Shown here: positions 26,563 to 30,877 of the stretch, piece by piece
Layout of the letters: the number at the start of each line of letters is the position of its first letter
How positions within the stretch are numbered: position 1 is the first letter of the stretch
DNA from: Candidatus Methylomirabilota bacterium
Lineage (GTDB): Bacteria; Methylomirabilota; Methylomirabilia; Rokubacteriales; CSP1-6
Reading direction: 5' to 3'
Assembly: GCA_046726415.1 (NCBI GenBank)
Contig: JBKPAK010000118.1
Coordinates: forward strand, 1 to 30,877
DNA length: 30,877 bases
The notes under the pieces: generated by a model
What the model was told of the DNA's origin: nothing
What the model saw: only the letters and a program-made list of their open reading frames with translations
The model's database searches: none
Program-made: the position numbers and the translations under genes

Positions 26563-26571
26563 CGCCGCCGC

Positions 26572-26951
26572 CTACCAGCGCGGGAGGCGCCGCGCGAGCC
26601 AGCGCCAGTGCGGCTCCTCCGCGCGCTCCGCCAGATCGTCGAGGACGGCAAACGCGGTGTTCATCGCCTCGGCGAGCCAGCGAGCACTCTCTCCACCATG
26701 CCCTCGCACCGCTTCGAGGGCCGCCAGGCAGACGGTCGCGACCAGCTCATCGGGTGCATCCCGCTGCCGCACGAGGCGACAGGCCGCGCGGACCGACGCC
26801 TCCACGGCCTCGCTGACCTCGCGCGCACCGAGGGGGCCCCGCTCCAGGCGCTCGACCAGCAACTCGCGGACGCTGAGGCGGACGGCGCGCGCGGGCACGC
26901 CGGCGCGGAGGAGCCACGCCAGCTCGGACTCGAGCGCTTCCTCGAACAGCC

Positions 26952-26955
<4 letters not shown>
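26572..26955 (-). CDS. Hypothetical alpha-helical protein (127 aa), translationally coupled to clpB
   Basis: ATGA overlap with the clpB stop. '[16 protein letters not shown]...[12 protein letters not shown]' fills the gap between clpB and degP. Confidence 0.7.
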
Positions 26956-29555
<2,600 letters not shown>

Positions 29556-29579
29556 GCCCCTCTCCTTGTTGACGCGGCC

Positions 29580-29906
29580 TCAGGTCGCGTCACGCCGGCG
29601 GGCCAACTCACCTTCCAGGCGCTCGAGCCGCTCCAGGAGGTCCACGATGATCGCCGCGGCCGTCAAACTCACCTCGAGGTCGTGGTGCAGTCGAAGCATT
29701 CGCCTGAGCCGGGGCGCCGTGGCCGCGGCAAACGTCTGCGCCTCGGGCGTCGTCGGCTCCACGAGTCCCAGCCGGACGAGACGTGCGAGCCCGGCCGGCG
29801 TGATGCCGACCGCAGCGGCCAGCTCCTTGCCGGAGAGGTATACCTCGGCGCGTAGTGCCGCGCCGCTGACCATGGTGCTCATCGAATGCCGCGGCGGCGC
29901 GTTCAT
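29580..29906 (-). CDS. cbpM: Chaperone modulator CbpM-like (MerR-type HTH)
   Basis: 'ELAAAVGI....LARLVRLGLVEP...RLRRMLRLHHDLEVSL.AAAIIVDLLERLERLE', directly downstream of cbpA. Exact start uncertain (29906, 29882 or 29873). Confidence 0.85.
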   Translation of the reverse strand: MNAPPRHSMSTMVSGAALRAEVYLSGKELAAAVGITPAGLARLVRLGLVEPTTPEAQTFAAATAPRLRRMLRLHHDLEVSLTAAAIIVDLLERLERLEGELARRRDAT

Positions 29907-29913
29907 GGCCCGG

Positions 29914-30828
29914 TCAGCCCCGCGCCGGACGGTCGGCCGGCGCCGACGCGCCGCGCTTCAGCGCCTCGTACGCCTCCCGCTCCGAGGGGCTCGGCCGCTC
30001 GGGAATCACGATCCGGACGACCGCGTAGAGATCGCCGCGACTGCCGTCGCCGCGCGGGAGCCCGCGGCCGCGCAAGCGCAGGCGCCGTCCGCTCTGCGTG
30101 CCCGGTGGCACCTTGAGCGTCACCGGTCCGTCCGGCGTGTCGATCCGCACCTCACCCCCGAGGACCGCCTGCCAGGGCCAGAGCGGGAGGTCCATTTCCA
30201 GATTGTCGCCGACCCGAGCGAACGGATGGGGGACGACGCGCACATGGAAGTACAGATCCCCTGGCGGCCCGCCCCCGTAGCCCGGCTCCCCCTGACCGGC
30301 CAGACGCAGCACGGCGCCGGGGCGAGTTCCGAGGGGAATCTCCACGTCGAGACTGCGGCCGTTCAGCGTGATGCGCCGCCGCCCGCCCCGCAGCAACTCC
30401 TCCACCGTCACCGGCAGCTCGGCCTCCACGTCGCTTCCGGGCATCGTGACCCGAACGCTGCTTCGTCCCCCACGGCCGGCCGGTCGCCCGAAGAGCGAGG
30501 CGAAGAAATCGCTGAAGCCTCCGAAGTCCTCCCATTCTGCGGTCCCGGCCCCTCCTGATGCGGCGCCTGGCGGCGGCGTGAAGTCCATCCCGCCCTTCCA
30601 GTTGGCGCCGAGGGCGTCGTACTTGGCCCGCTTGTCCGGGTCGCTCAAGACCTCGTGGGCCTCGTTGATCTCCTTGAATCGCTCGGCGGCCCGAGCGCGC
30701 TCGCCGGGGGGCTGAAGATCGGGATGATGCTTGCGAGCGAGCTCCCGGTAGGCTCGCTTGATCTCCTTGGCTGTCGCCGTCCGCGGCACGCCGAGTACCT
30801 CGTAGTAGTCGCGGAACTTCACGGCCAC
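29914..30828 (-). CDS. cbpA: Class B J-domain protein (CbpA/DnaJ-like, no zinc finger)
   Basis: 'FRDYYEVLGV', HPD motif, 'FKEINEAHEVLSDP', G/F region 'FGGFSDFF', DnaJ C-terminal domains. GTG start after GGAGG. Confidence 0.93.
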   Translation of the reverse strand: MAVKFRDYYEVLGVPRTATAKEIKRAYRELARKHHPDLQPPGERARAAERFKEINEAHEVLSDPDKRAKYDALGANWKGGMDFTPPPGAASGGAGTAEWEDFGGFSDFFASLFGRPAGRGGRSSVRVTMPGSDVEAELPVTVEELLRGGRRRITLNGRSLDVEIPLGTRPGAVLRLAGQGEPGYGGGPPGDLYFHVRVVPHPFARVGDNLEMDLPLWPWQAVLGGEVRIDTPDGPVTLKVPPGTQSGRRLRLRGRGLPRGDGSRGDLYAVVRIVIPERPSPSEREAYEALKRGASAPADRPARG

Positions 30829-30877
30829 GGATCAGCGGCCTCCACTGGCGCCGCCACCACCACCTGGGCGGGGCGAA
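30819..30877 (-). CDS. grpE: Probable GrpE C-terminal tail, truncated by the window end
   Basis: Frame reads RPAQVVVAAPVEAADPWP*. '(L)RPA.VVV' is the GrpE C-terminal signature. It overlaps the cbpA start. Confidence 0.65.
   Translation of the reverse strand, partial: RPAQVVVAAPVEAADPWP

Overview
GC-rich bacterial window with about 28 coding regions. The gene repertoire (many LLM oxidoreductases, family III CoA-transferases and amidases) resembles Candidatus Rokubacteria/Methylomirabilota, but that is an inference. From left to right: (1) a partial CoA-transferase, a ClC channel and an orphan Rieske oxygenase; (2) a divergent acyl-CoA catabolic cluster (ADP-forming acyl-CoA ligase, LLM enzymes, an acyl-CoA dehydrogenase pair, a CoA-transferase); (3) a minus-strand nitrile-utilisation locus: small GatC/AtzG-like protein, amidase, then Co-type nitrile hydratase beta, alpha and accessory genes; (4) a YkoP-like gene; (5) an operon of a catalytically dead HMG-CoA-synthase-like/DUF35 fusion, a thiolase and a BNR propeller (PhlABC-like architecture); (6) a CYTH enzyme, a second amidase with a fused GatC-like N-terminus, an LLM enzyme and a decayed ABC substrate-binding gene; (7) SRPBCC-ArsR divergent from clpP, with twin palindromic operators between them; (8) a protein-quality-control operon grpE-cbpA-cbpM-clpB-hypothetical whose distal end is decaying (deleted degP, ferritin-like/aconitase fragment). 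The strongest novelty candidate is the nitrile hydratase accessory protein, which carries an extra Cys-rich thioredoxin-like ferredoxin domain. The NHase beta gene also has ACG where the ATG start is expected. No rRNA, tRNA, CRISPR array or transposase was recognised. All calls come from motif recognition by eye; no database searches were run.
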